Shown: positions 53,067 through 61,701 of the stretch, in pieces
How the letters are laid out: each line of letters starts with the position of its first letter
Numbering within the stretch: position 1 is the stretch's first letter
NCBI GenBank assembly: GCA_040002435.1
Contig: JBDUEM010000002.1
Location: forward strand, 737 to 64,736
DNA: 64,000 bases
From: Bryobacteraceae bacterium
GTDB taxonomy: Bacteria; Acidobacteriota; Terriglobia; Bryobacterales; Bryobacteraceae
Direction of reading: 5' to 3'
Program-made: the position numbers and the translations under genes
Notes under the pieces: generated by a model
What the model was told of the DNA's origin: nothing
Databases searched by the model: none
What the model saw: only the letters and a program-made list of their open reading frames with translations

Positions 53067-53546
53067 ATGGATGACGATCGCAAGTACCGGCAACACGGGT
53101 ACCAGGACTCTGACCGCAAACCAAGCGGGCAAAATGGAGACAACCGGCCCAAGTCGCCGCAGGGTCCGAGGACCATGCAGGATCCTGCCGGACCGCGCCT
53201 GCCGCGGTTGGTGCAAAGCGTAGCAGCATCGCGCTGCTATAACTGCGCCACGACTTTGCCGACGGGCACGGATTTCAAAGGGAACTGCCCAAAATGCGCG
53301 GCGGCACTCCATTGCTGCAAACAATGCGCGCACTTTGAGCCCTCCACGCGGTTCCAATGCTTGAAGCCGATTCCGGCGCGGATCCCGATTAAGGACCAGG
53401 TTAACCTTTGCGAGTTGTTTGGCGCACGGGTGACGGTTTCGCGGGATGGGCACGCACCGCCTCCGATGGCGCAGGCGCCATCGCCCTCGCAGGTGCGGAG
53501 TCCGAGCGATGCCCGTGCAGCGTTCGATAATCTTTTTAAGAAGTAG
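53067..53546 (+). CDS. Hypothetical Cys-rich (zinc-ribbon-like) protein with disordered basic N-terminus
   Basis: 159 aa with 'CYNCATTL...GNCPKCAAALHCCKQCAHFE...FQC'. Confidence 0.5.
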   Translation: MDDDRKYRQHGYQDSDRKPSGQNGDNRPKSPQGPRTMQDPAGPRLPRLVQSVAASRCYNCATTLPTGTDFKGNCPKCAAALHCCKQCAHFEPSTRFQCLKPIPARIPIKDQVNLCELFGARVTVSRDGHAPPPMAQAPSPSQVRSPSDARAAFDNLFKK

Positions 53547-53549
53547 TCC

Positions 53550-54575
53550 TCACCGGCCGGTGATATCTTTGACGGCTTGAAAGAAAGCCTTTTTGCGATC
53601 CGTATCGAGTCCCCATTTCACCGGCGGGGACTGATAACCCTCCGGATCGAAATATCCCCATGAGCAGTATTCGGTAATCGCGGCGATCATGTTGTTCAGC
53701 GGCTTGTCGAAGTCGAAGTGATCGTCCTCGTTAAACAGGATTGGCATGGCGCGGTAGCCCGGCACCTGGCGCGTCAGCCTGACCATTTCTGAGATGCGAT
53801 TGGGATCTTTCACTCCATTTCCATGCAACAGGAGAAAGTCGGAGGCGCGGACCACGTTTTCTTCCGGAATGCGATTGCCGGTATAGCTTGTGCTGACCAG
53901 GAAGCCCTTCTTTTTCACGCGCGCCATCAGTTCAGGAACACGCTCCGGATGGAGGATCGGATGGTGATACTTGTTGTTCGCCTCGTTGTTGACCTCAATC
54001 ATGACGTGGCGGTATTTTCGGGCAGCCAGCCAAGCCAGGGTATTGTCTACCGCGGCGATCACCGAATCCTGATCCTTTAGCCTGTGGTCCTGGCCGAAGT
54101 AGAAGATGCCGAGGATGACGGTCATGTGAAGATCATCGGCTTTCTTCAGAATGCGTTCGAGGCGGCCCATGGCATCGGGGCGCAGCGATCCGTCCGCCAG
54201 AATGGCCGAGTTGTGCCAGGGCTGCGCCTTCGAATAACCCTCCGGACTTCCTCCCTGGAGATTGATGGTGAAGTTCAGCAGCCCGTACTTGCGCCATTCC
54301 GGCATGGCGGCGATGAATTCATTCGTGTTGCGCGCGGCATCCCAACGGCCCGTATCCGGATAGGCCCAGCGCTTCGCGGTCTCCGGGTTCTGGTCGTCAT
54401 AGATTCCCTGCACCATGCGCGAATTGAACAGCAGCCCTTCGATGCGGTGTCCGTTCCAGGTGCGGCCTTTGTATGTGGGTTTGCCGTCGATCCAGAACTG
54501 ATCGCCGTGAATCGTTACTTCGGTAGCAAGCAGGGGCGCTACTGCAACCAGCGCGGCCATCACTCCATATTTCAC
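53550..54575 (-). CDS. Secreted TIM-barrel glycoside hydrolase-like protein (GH5-like)
   Basis: 341 aa with a GTG start at 54575 and signal 'MKYGVMAALVAVAPLLA'. 'MIEVNNEANN' contains a GH5-type Asn-Glu acid/base motif. The family assignment is tentative. Confidence 0.5.
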   Translation of the reverse strand: MKYGVMAALVAVAPLLATEVTIHGDQFWIDGKPTYKGRTWNGHRIEGLLFNSRMVQGIYDDQNPETAKRWAYPDTGRWDAARNTNEFIAAMPEWRKYGLLNFTINLQGGSPEGYSKAQPWHNSAILADGSLRPDAMGRLERILKKADDLHMTVILGIFYFGQDHRLKDQDSVIAAVDNTLAWLAARKYRHVMIEVNNEANNKYHHPILHPERVPELMARVKKKGFLVSTSYTGNRIPEENVVRASDFLLLHGNGVKDPNRISEMVRLTRQVPGYRAMPILFNEDDHFDFDKPLNNMIAAITEYCSWGYFDPEGYQSPPVKWGLDTDRKKAFFQAVKDITGR

Positions 54576-55066
54576 TTTTCAATCTCCTCATCGGACGGGG
54601 AAAGCATTTTGCGGAAGACGCCTTTGCGGTACAGGAATGTCAGTGGGGTTTTGTCGAAATACATCAGATCCACCGCGTCTACGGGATGGCGGAAGGGTTT
54701 CAGAGTGGTAAAGTCGAAATCCTTCGAACCCTTGTCCATGCGCAGCAGAAAGCGAAAGGGGTCGGGAGTATCGGTGGCCAGGACGTGGGTTTCAAACTTG
54801 CCGCTGCGGTCCAGGAAGGCGATCATCACCTGCTGGCCCTGTTTCGTTTGAATCTGGAGAACGTAGTCCGTCTTCCCGTCCCCGTCAAAATCACCGGTGA
54901 CCAGGTTTGGCGCGAACCGGAAGCGATACTCGGCGAACCAGTTTTGAATCTGCGGCGCGGCGGGCGCCAGTTTCCAGCCGCTGTGCCTGGAATCCAGTTC
55001 CGACGTGACCGCTGGTGGAAGCGACGCGGCGGCTGCCAAAAAACTGAACACCACGGAGAGAAACAT
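54572..55066 (-). CDS. Hypothetical secreted protein with single FG-GAP/VCBS-like motif
   Basis: The listed ORF is 54572..55303. The ATG at 55066 gives signal 'MFLSVVFSFLAAAAS'. It has 'GDFDGDGKTDYVLQ' and a GTGA overlap with the GH5-like gene. Confidence 0.5.
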   Translation of the reverse strand: MFLSVVFSFLAAAASLPPAVTSELDSRHSGWKLAPAAPQIQNWFAEYRFRFAPNLVTGDFDGDGKTDYVLQIQTKQGQQVMIAFLDRSGKFETHVLATDTPDPFRFLLRMDKGSKDFDFTTLKPFRHPVDAVDLMYFDKTPLTFLYRKGVFRKMLSPSDEEIEK

Positions 55067-55121
55067 TCGTCGCACATTGTATCGTACGGCAACGCGGGTG
55101 AGTCCTATAATAGAGGTTCCA

Positions 55122-56498
55122 ATGTCCAAAGCCATCGACGGGTTCGTCCACGATAACGAAAACAGGCTTCTGGAAGAACTGAAAACGTTCTTGCGGATTC
55201 CCAGCATCAGCACTCTTCCGGAGCACAAACCGGATGTCAACCGTGCGGCGCAGTTCGTGGCCGATGGCCTGACCGCGGCAGGTTTGGAGAATGTCGAGAT
55301 CATCCAGACGGCGTTGCACCCGCTGGTTTATGCCGACTGGATGCACGCGCCGGGAAAGCCGACGGTGCTGTTGTATGGGCACTACGACGTGCAGCCCCCG
55401 GACCCGCTGGAGCTATGGGACACGCCTCCTTTTGAGCCGACGCTCCGCGACGGCAACTTGTATGCGCGCGGCTCAGCCGACGACAAAGGGCAGATGTACA
55501 TGCACGTCAAGGCGATTGAAGCCTTGCGTGCAGTGAACGGTACCCTGCCGGTGAACGTAAAGTTCCTGGTGGAAGGTGAGGAAGAAATAGGCGGCGTTTC
55601 CATTGCCAAGTTTGTGGCCGAGAATCCGGAGAAGCTGAAGGCCGATGTGGCGCTGGTGTCGGATACCGCCCTGTATGCGGACGGCATTCCCACTCTATGC
55701 ATCGGGCTCCGCGGGTTGATCTACACGGAGGTCGAAGCCACCGGACCGATGCGCGACCTGCACTCCGGGCTCTACGGCGGCTCGGCGCCCAACGCGGTGT
55801 TCGGTTTGATCGAACTGTTGGCGAAAGCCAAGAATGCGCAGGGAGTGATTCAGATTCTCGGCATGTACGACGACGTAGAGGCGCCGGCGGCCGCTGAACT
55901 GGAAAGCTGGAAGAGCCTGCCCTTCAGCGAGAAAGACTTTCTGCAGAAGGAAGTTGGGTCGTCTCAGCTCACCGGCGAGAAGGAATACAGCGTTCTGGAG
56001 CGTGTCTGGGCGCGTCCAACCATGGAAGTCCATGGGGTCGCGGGCGGATTCACTGGAGCGGGATCGAAGACCGTGATACCGGCAAAGGCGACGGCAAAGG
56101 TGAGTTTCCGTATGGTTCCCAATCAGGACCCGGACAAGGTGATCGCGGGATTCCGCGAATTCGTGGCGAAGAATACGCCGGCGGGTATCCGTTGCGAAGT
56201 GCGGGTTTTGGGCGCCAGCCCGGCAGTGATGGTGGACCCTTCCTTTCCGGCAATTCAGGTGGCTGCCAAGGCTTTCAGTGAGATGCTCGGCCGCCCCACG
56301 GTGTTTACACGCTCGGGCGGTTCCATTCCGATTGTGGGCGACTTTGCGCGTCACCTCGGCATCCCTACCGTCCTAATGGGATTTGGGCTTCCAGACGATG
56401 GATTACATTCGCCGAACGAAAAGTACCGCGTGTCGAATTACTACACGGGAATTATGACCATCGCACACTTCCTGGAGCTTTACGGGACCTCTTCGTAA
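55122..56498 (+). CDS. M20-family dipeptidase/metallopeptidase
   Basis: The ORF is 55005..56498. The ATG at 55122 gives 'MSKAIDGFVHDNENRLLEELKTFLRIPSIS'. It also has 'LLYGHYDVQP', 'LYARGSADDKGQ', 'VEGEEEIG' and 'GLHSPNE'. Confidence 0.85.
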   Translation: MSKAIDGFVHDNENRLLEELKTFLRIPSISTLPEHKPDVNRAAQFVADGLTAAGLENVEIIQTALHPLVYADWMHAPGKPTVLLYGHYDVQPPDPLELWDTPPFEPTLRDGNLYARGSADDKGQMYMHVKAIEALRAVNGTLPVNVKFLVEGEEEIGGVSIAKFVAENPEKLKADVALVSDTALYADGIPTLCIGLRGLIYTEVEATGPMRDLHSGLYGGSAPNAVFGLIELLAKAKNAQGVIQILGMYDDVEAPAAAELESWKSLPFSEKDFLQKEVGSSQLTGEKEYSVLERVWARPTMEVHGVAGGFTGAGSKTVIPAKATAKVSFRMVPNQDPDKVIAGFREFVAKNTPAGIRCEVRVLGASPAVMVDPSFPAIQVAAKAFSEMLGRPTVFTRSGGSIPIVGDFARHLGIPTVLMGFGLPDDGLHSPNEKYRVSNYYTGIMTIAHFLELYGTSS

Positions 56499-56510
56499 CA
56501 GTACATCTAC

Positions 56511-58172
56511 TTGGTAACTCCAACGCAACCGAAACCGCTATCGAACGAGCAGTCAACCATTGCCCGTTCGGCGGGGATCGTTTCGATCGCCGTCTTCATG
56601 AGCCGGATTACCGGACTGATCCGCGAACGGGTGATGCTGGGAATGTTCGGCGCCGGGCTTGCGAACGATGCATTTCAACTGGCCTTTCGCATTCCCAATC
56701 TGACGCGCGACCTGTTTGCGGAAGGTGCGCTGTCTTCGGCGTTCGTCCCCGTTTTTACCGAATATCTGACAACCAAGAACCGCAAGGAAGCCGCGGTGCT
56801 GGCGAACCTGGTGGCAACGGCGTTGATCGTGGTGGTGGGAACGTTGTGCGTGTTGGGGGTCGTATTCAGCCCTCAACTGGTGAATATCTTCGGCAGCGGC
56901 TACCAGCAGGTTCCGGAGAAGTTCGCGCTCACGATTCAAATGACGCGGATCACGTTTCCGTTTCTGCTGCTGGTAGCGCTGGCCGCGCAGGCGATGGGCG
57001 TCTTGAATGCGTGCGGCGTGTTCGGCGTCCCAGCCATGGCTTCCACGTTTTTCAACATCGGGTCACTGGTATTCGGCCTCGTCATTGGAAAGTGGGCGGG
57101 ACCCTACCTCGGAATTCAGCCGATTGTGGGAATGGCCTATGGCGTTGTATTGGGCGGCGCCCTGCAACTCTTCTGGCAAATCCCTTCGCTCTACCGCGCG
57201 GGCTTCACATTCCGCCCGCAGTTTGATTGGTCGCATCCCGGGTTGCAGCGGATTTTGCGCATGATGGGTCCGGCGATTCTAGGCAGTGCCGCGGTGCAAA
57301 TCAACGTAACGGTCAATTCGAACTTCGCAACCAGCATCGTCGATCCGCACACCGGGTTGAACGGGCCGTTGAGCTGGCTTCTTTGCGCTTTTCGATTCAT
57401 GCAGCTTCCCCTTGGATTGTTCGGCGTCGCCATCGCATCGGCTACTTTACCTTCCATCTCACGAAGTGCCGCCTCAAACGATATTGACGAGTTCCGGAGA
57501 ACCATGGCGCGGTCGCTGGGGATGGTACTCCTGTTGACAGTGCCGTCATCGGTGGGGCTCGCGGTGTTGGGTGAGTCGATCGTCGGGGCGATTTATCAGA
57601 CAGGCAAATTTCAGTTGTATGACACACAGCAGACGGCCGCGGCACTTTCGTGTTACGCCATCGGCCTGGCAGGCTACTCGGCGGTGAAGGTGCTGGCCCC
57701 TGCTTTTTACGCCCTGAAAGATTCCCGCACACCGATGATGGTGAGCCTGGTTTCCATCGCTGTTAATTATTTCGCGGTCGTTGCACTGCTCCGCTTTACT
57801 CATCTCGGGCACGCCGGTCTGGCTCTTTCCACTTCCGTGGTAGCGATCATCAACGCGCTGGTCCTGTTCGGGATGCTGCGTACACGTATCGGCGGGATTC
57901 ACGGACGCATTCTTTTTGAGAGCATCGCGAAGATATCGATTGCCTCGCTTGCCATGGGCGTCACAGTCTGGGCGTCGAGCACTGCGATGAGAAACTGGCT
58001 CGGAGTGTCGGCAAAAGCGCGGCTGGCAGACCTGACCGTCTCGATTCCGATTGGCTTGGTGATGCTCTATGCAGCCTGCCGGCTGCTGCGGGTTTCCGAA
58101 TTGGAGCTGGCGATGAAGTCGCTGGCGGGTCCACTGCAAAGACGGCTTCCATTCCTGCGTGATAAAATCTGA
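56511..58172 (+). CDS. murJ: Lipid II flippase MurJ (MviN)
   Basis: 553 aa with a TTG start. It has 'SRITGLIRERVMLGMFGAG...DAFQLAFRIPNLTRDLFAEGALSSAFVPVF' and about 14 TM segments. Confidence 0.9.
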   Translation: MVTPTQPKPLSNEQSTIARSAGIVSIAVFMSRITGLIRERVMLGMFGAGLANDAFQLAFRIPNLTRDLFAEGALSSAFVPVFTEYLTTKNRKEAAVLANLVATALIVVVGTLCVLGVVFSPQLVNIFGSGYQQVPEKFALTIQMTRITFPFLLLVALAAQAMGVLNACGVFGVPAMASTFFNIGSLVFGLVIGKWAGPYLGIQPIVGMAYGVVLGGALQLFWQIPSLYRAGFTFRPQFDWSHPGLQRILRMMGPAILGSAAVQINVTVNSNFATSIVDPHTGLNGPLSWLLCAFRFMQLPLGLFGVAIASATLPSISRSAASNDIDEFRRTMARSLGMVLLLTVPSSVGLAVLGESIVGAIYQTGKFQLYDTQQTAAALSCYAIGLAGYSAVKVLAPAFYALKDSRTPMMVSLVSIAVNYFAVVALLRFTHLGHAGLALSTSVVAIINALVLFGMLRTRIGGIHGRILFESIAKISIASLAMGVTVWASSTAMRNWLGVSAKARLADLTVSIPIGLVMLYAACRLLRVSELELAMKSLAGPLQRRLPFLRDKI

Positions 58173-58176
58173 ATAC

Positions 58177-58929
58177 ATGAGTCCAGACATAAAAGCCATC
58201 CTCCGAATTCAGAGTCTGGATCAACGGGCCGCCGAGCTCGAGAAAGAAATCGCCGCCTTACCCAAACACATCGCTCAAATTGAAAAGGCGCTGGATGCCC
58301 ACAATCGCAAGCTGGAAGTGGACCGGGCAGCTCTTGCCGCGAATCTGCGGGATCGCAAGAAGTATGAGGACGACATTAAGGTTCAGGGGCTGAAAATCTC
58401 CAAACTTCGCGATCAGATGCTACTGGCGAAGACCAATGAACAGTACCGGGCGTTCCAGCACGAGATCGAGTTCTGCGAGAAGGAAATTTCGAAGTGTGAG
58501 GACCGCATTCTGGAGTTGATGGGTGCGTCCGAAACTCTGGATAAGAATGTGAAGGCGGCTGAGGCCGCACTCAAAGAAGAAAAGCTGCAGGTGGAGGCAG
58601 AGAAAGACCGCGCGCGCAGCCGCACTGCCACGGACCAGCAGTTTCTCGGACAAGTCAAGGAAGAGCGCGGCGGGCTGGTGGGCTCTATTGATCCGAAACT
58701 GGTGCAACAGTACGAACGCATCCGCAAGAAGTGGAATGGAAGGGCCGTCGCGGACGCCACGGATGGCCGTTGCGCGTCGTGTCAGATTTCCATGCGCCCA
58801 CAGTATTTTCAGGATTTGAAGAAGGGTGAGAAGTTGCTGACGTGCGAGAGTTGCGGGCGAATTCTGTACTACAATCCGCCGGTGAATCTGGAACACGAGA
58901 TGCACGCCACGGTTCCCACTCCCCGTTAG
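58177..58929 (+). CDS. Coiled-coil protein with C-terminal C4 zinc ribbon (COG1579/DUF164 type)
   Basis: The ORF is 58159..58929, and the ATG at 58177 lies just after the murJ stop. It begins 'MSPDIKAILRIQSLDQRAAELEKEI' and has 'CASCQISMRP...LLTCESCGRILY'. Confidence 0.75.
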   Translation: MSPDIKAILRIQSLDQRAAELEKEIAALPKHIAQIEKALDAHNRKLEVDRAALAANLRDRKKYEDDIKVQGLKISKLRDQMLLAKTNEQYRAFQHEIEFCEKEISKCEDRILELMGASETLDKNVKAAEAALKEEKLQVEAEKDRARSRTATDQQFLGQVKEERGGLVGSIDPKLVQQYERIRKKWNGRAVADATDGRCASCQISMRPQYFQDLKKGEKLLTCESCGRILYYNPPVNLEHEMHATVPTPR

Positions 58930-59912
58930 TTCTGTTCGATACTGGCGATCAGTTCTGCCTCGCTGACGGTTGCCGTACCCACTTTCGCAACAACCAGGCC
59001 ACTCGCGTGATTGGCGATCTCCGCCGCCAGCACCGGATCCGCTCCCGCACTGAGCGCCAGAGTCAGAAATGCCATGGCGGTATCGCCCGCCCCTGATACA
59101 TCGAAGACTTCGCGCGCCCGCGTGGGAATGCGGTAAGGTTCCAGGCCCGGGCGAAACAGCAGCATTCCCTGTTCCCCCAACGTGATCACCACGAGTTGCG
59201 TTTGCCACTTATCGAGTAGCGTTCTTCCGGCTTCCATCAAGGATTCTTCGTCATCTCCCGCGTGTCTCCCAGCGACGCGAAAGGCTTCCTCACGGTTCGG
59301 CTTGACGGCGCTGGCGCCGCTCCAATCGAGGGGATTTGAAGGATGTGGATCGACGGTGACGGTCACGCCGGCGCTTTTGGCCAGCACCATTGTCCGGTCG
59401 ACGATCTGCTGGTTCAGGTAGCCCTTCGCATAGTCGGAGAGGATCACGGCATTAACGTGAGGCACCACGTTGTTGAGAACTTCGATTGCGGTTTCCGTGT
59501 GTACGGGAACGCCGGACTGCAGGCGCTCTCGATCCACACGAACCACCTGCTGATTTTTGGCGATGATGCGTGTTTTTACGATGGTCTGCCACGCCTCGAA
59601 CTGCTGCACGCCTTCGATCCCGATTCCTCCGGACCTCAGGAGTTCCAGCAGCCGGCTGCCATACTCATCCTTGCCCACCAGACCCATCACGCTCACTCCG
59701 CCCGCGACTTCCTTCAAGTTGCGGGCCACATTGGCCGCGCCGCCTGGAAAACAGGATTCCGATGTGACGTGAACGATGGGTACCGGTGCCTCCGGCGAAA
59801 TGCGGTTCACCCTGCCCCAGATGAATTCGTCGAACATCAGGTCCCCGACCACGAGGACCTTCTGGCTCTGAAAACGGCGAACAATGCCGATCATGCTCTG
59901 CCGGTTCATCAA
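58926..59912 (-). CDS. PfkB-family sugar kinase, RfaE domain I / D-glycero-beta-D-manno-heptose-7-phosphate kinase-like
   Basis: 328 aa with 'VLVVGDLMFDEFIWG...RISPEAPVP', 'GGAANVARN' and 'DVSGAGDT'. Confidence 0.8.
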   Translation of the reverse strand: MMNRQSMIGIVRRFQSQKVLVVGDLMFDEFIWGRVNRISPEAPVPIVHVTSESCFPGGAANVARNLKEVAGGVSVMGLVGKDEYGSRLLELLRSGGIGIEGVQQFEAWQTIVKTRIIAKNQQVVRVDRERLQSGVPVHTETAIEVLNNVVPHVNAVILSDYAKGYLNQQIVDRTMVLAKSAGVTVTVDPHPSNPLDWSGASAVKPNREEAFRVAGRHAGDDEESLMEAGRTLLDKWQTQLVVITLGEQGMLLFRPGLEPYRIPTRAREVFDVSGAGDTAMAFLTLALSAGADPVLAAEIANHASGLVVAKVGTATVSEAELIASIEQN

Positions 59913-59955
59913 GCGTTCAGTTTACTATGACGGGGTCTGATAAACTGTCTGGCAA

Positions 59956-60951
59956 ATGAAAAAACTCATCACACTCGCCCTGGTTTTTGTTTCGCTCGGA
60001 CTGGCGCAGAACAAGAAAATTGTGGCGCCTGGAATGTCTGCGAAGCTCGCACAGGAAATTCAGGCAAGCGTTCCCAACGTCACGATCCTGACCGGGCGCG
60101 GTCCGGATGTGGCCAAGGAGATTGTGGATGCCGATGCGGTGATCGGCGGCATCCGTCCTGAACTGTTCCGCACCGCGAAGAAGTTGAAGTGGGTACATGT
60201 ATCCAGTGCCGGTGTGGAGAAGGACTTGTTTCCGGAATTGATCGACAGCGACGTCGTCGTCACCAACGCGAAGAACATATATGGTCCGCAGATCGCCGAT
60301 CACGCGTTCGCTTTTCTACTGGCCTTGACCCGCAAGCTGAACCAGACCATCCCGAAGCAGGGCCTGGAGGAATGGGGCGGCGGGCGGGAAGGCATGTTCG
60401 AGTTGAACGGCAAGACGGCGGTGATCATCGGGATCGGCGGAATCGGAAGCCAGATCGCACAGAGGGCTCATGGATTTGGGATGAAGGTGATTGGCGTGGA
60501 CATTCGGGACATGCCGCCCAGCGTGGAAGTCAGCCGCGTGGTGCCTCCGGACCAGCTCGATTCGGTCATTCCGCTGGCCGACGTGGTTTTCATATCCGCC
60601 CCCCACACTGCCAAGAGTGAAGGCATGATGGGCTCCAAAGAATTCGAGCTAATGAAGAAGGGGTCCTACTTCATCGCTGTTTCGCGCGGGAAAGTCTACA
60701 ATACCGGAGGCTTGGTGAAAGCCTTGGATGAGGGGCGCCTCGCCGGCGCTGGTGTGGATGTTGTGGATCCGGAACCCTTGCCCAAGGGCCACCCGCTGTG
60801 GAAGTTTAAGAATGTAATTATCACTCCCCACACTGCCGGCGGATCGGATAACCTGGCCACCCGCAACGACGCGTTGATCACCGAAAACATCCGCCGCTTT
60901 GCCGCCGGGAAGACTCTCATGAACGTGGTGAACAAAAAAGAAGGCTTTTGA
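59956..60951 (+). CDS. D-isomer-specific 2-hydroxyacid dehydrogenase family protein with N-terminal signal/anchor-like peptide
   Basis: 331 aa beginning 'MKKLITLALVFVSLGLAQ'. The NAD-binding motif is 'AVIIGIGGIGSQIAQRAHGFGMKVIGVD', and the catalytic-region blocks are 'VSRGKV' and 'ITPHTAG'. Confidence 0.8.
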   Translation: MKKLITLALVFVSLGLAQNKKIVAPGMSAKLAQEIQASVPNVTILTGRGPDVAKEIVDADAVIGGIRPELFRTAKKLKWVHVSSAGVEKDLFPELIDSDVVVTNAKNIYGPQIADHAFAFLLALTRKLNQTIPKQGLEEWGGGREGMFELNGKTAVIIGIGGIGSQIAQRAHGFGMKVIGVDIRDMPPSVEVSRVVPPDQLDSVIPLADVVFISAPHTAKSEGMMGSKEFELMKKGSYFIAVSRGKVYNTGGLVKALDEGRLAGAGVDVVDPEPLPKGHPLWKFKNVIITPHTAGGSDNLATRNDALITENIRRFAAGKTLMNVVNKKEGF

Positions 60952-61667
60952 CTCTTGTCGGCGAGCGCGCGAACCTTTCCGGATCCCGCGCCTTTGACCG
61001 GCTGGTAACGGCGGGCGATTGGGATGCCGCGGTGGACTTCGCGCTGGCGCAAACCAGCGAAGGAGCCGCGATACTTGATGTGTGTCTGATCTCGGAGACT
61101 CGTGACGAGGTCCGCGATACCGAGCAATTTTACTCAAGGGCGGCATTGCGAAACCATCGCCGCTGGATGGTCGATAGTCAACACCCGCTAGTGATGGAGC
61201 GCGCGCTGCAAGTCTGCGGCGAGGGACAGGTTCTCAACTCCGCGAGCCTCGCCAATCCCGCCAACCTGGATCGCGTTGGGGAACTGGCGCTGCAGTACGG
61301 CGCTGCGATTGTCGTCGCGTGCCGCGACGCTGCCGGGCCAGCCATGACCCGGCACGCCAAGCTCGATGCGGCGCGCCGCGCGTTGGACCAGCTTTCCATA
61401 GAGACAGACAAGGTCATCCTGGATTTATTAGCTTTTCCCATCACCGCGTTTCCTGATGCCCTGGCCGAAACCCTTGACGCTATCGGGCTCATTCGCCAGG
61501 CGTGTCCGGGTGCCCGCACCTTGCTCGCGCTGTCCAACTTTTCTTTCCGCATGCCGTTCGCGGAGCGGTTCGCCCTGGAAGAACGAATTCTGAATGAAGC
61601 CTGCGCAGCGGGACTGGACTTCCTGATCCTGAACACACGGCGCCATCGGGGAGCGCGGTGTTTATGA
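60948..61667 (+). CDS. Stand-alone pterin-binding (MetH/MeTr-like, DHPS-fold) domain protein
   Basis: 239 aa with a TTG start overlapping the upstream stop (TTGA). Blocks align to the MetH pterin-binding domain: 'LVGERANLSGSRAFDRL', 'AAILDV', 'MVDSQ', 'VLNSASL', 'YGAAIVVACRDAAGPAMT', 'LDLLAFPI', 'LALSNFSF' and 'AGLDFLILN'. Confidence 0.6.
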   Translation: MTLVGERANLSGSRAFDRLVTAGDWDAAVDFALAQTSEGAAILDVCLISETRDEVRDTEQFYSRAALRNHRRWMVDSQHPLVMERALQVCGEGQVLNSASLANPANLDRVGELALQYGAAIVVACRDAAGPAMTRHAKLDAARRALDQLSIETDKVILDLLAFPITAFPDALAETLDAIGLIRQACPGARTLLALSNFSFRMPFAERFALEERILNEACAAGLDFLILNTRRHRGARCL

Positions 61668-61701
61668 TACGATCCCAGTCGTGTAAGGAGGCTATCTCAT
61701 A

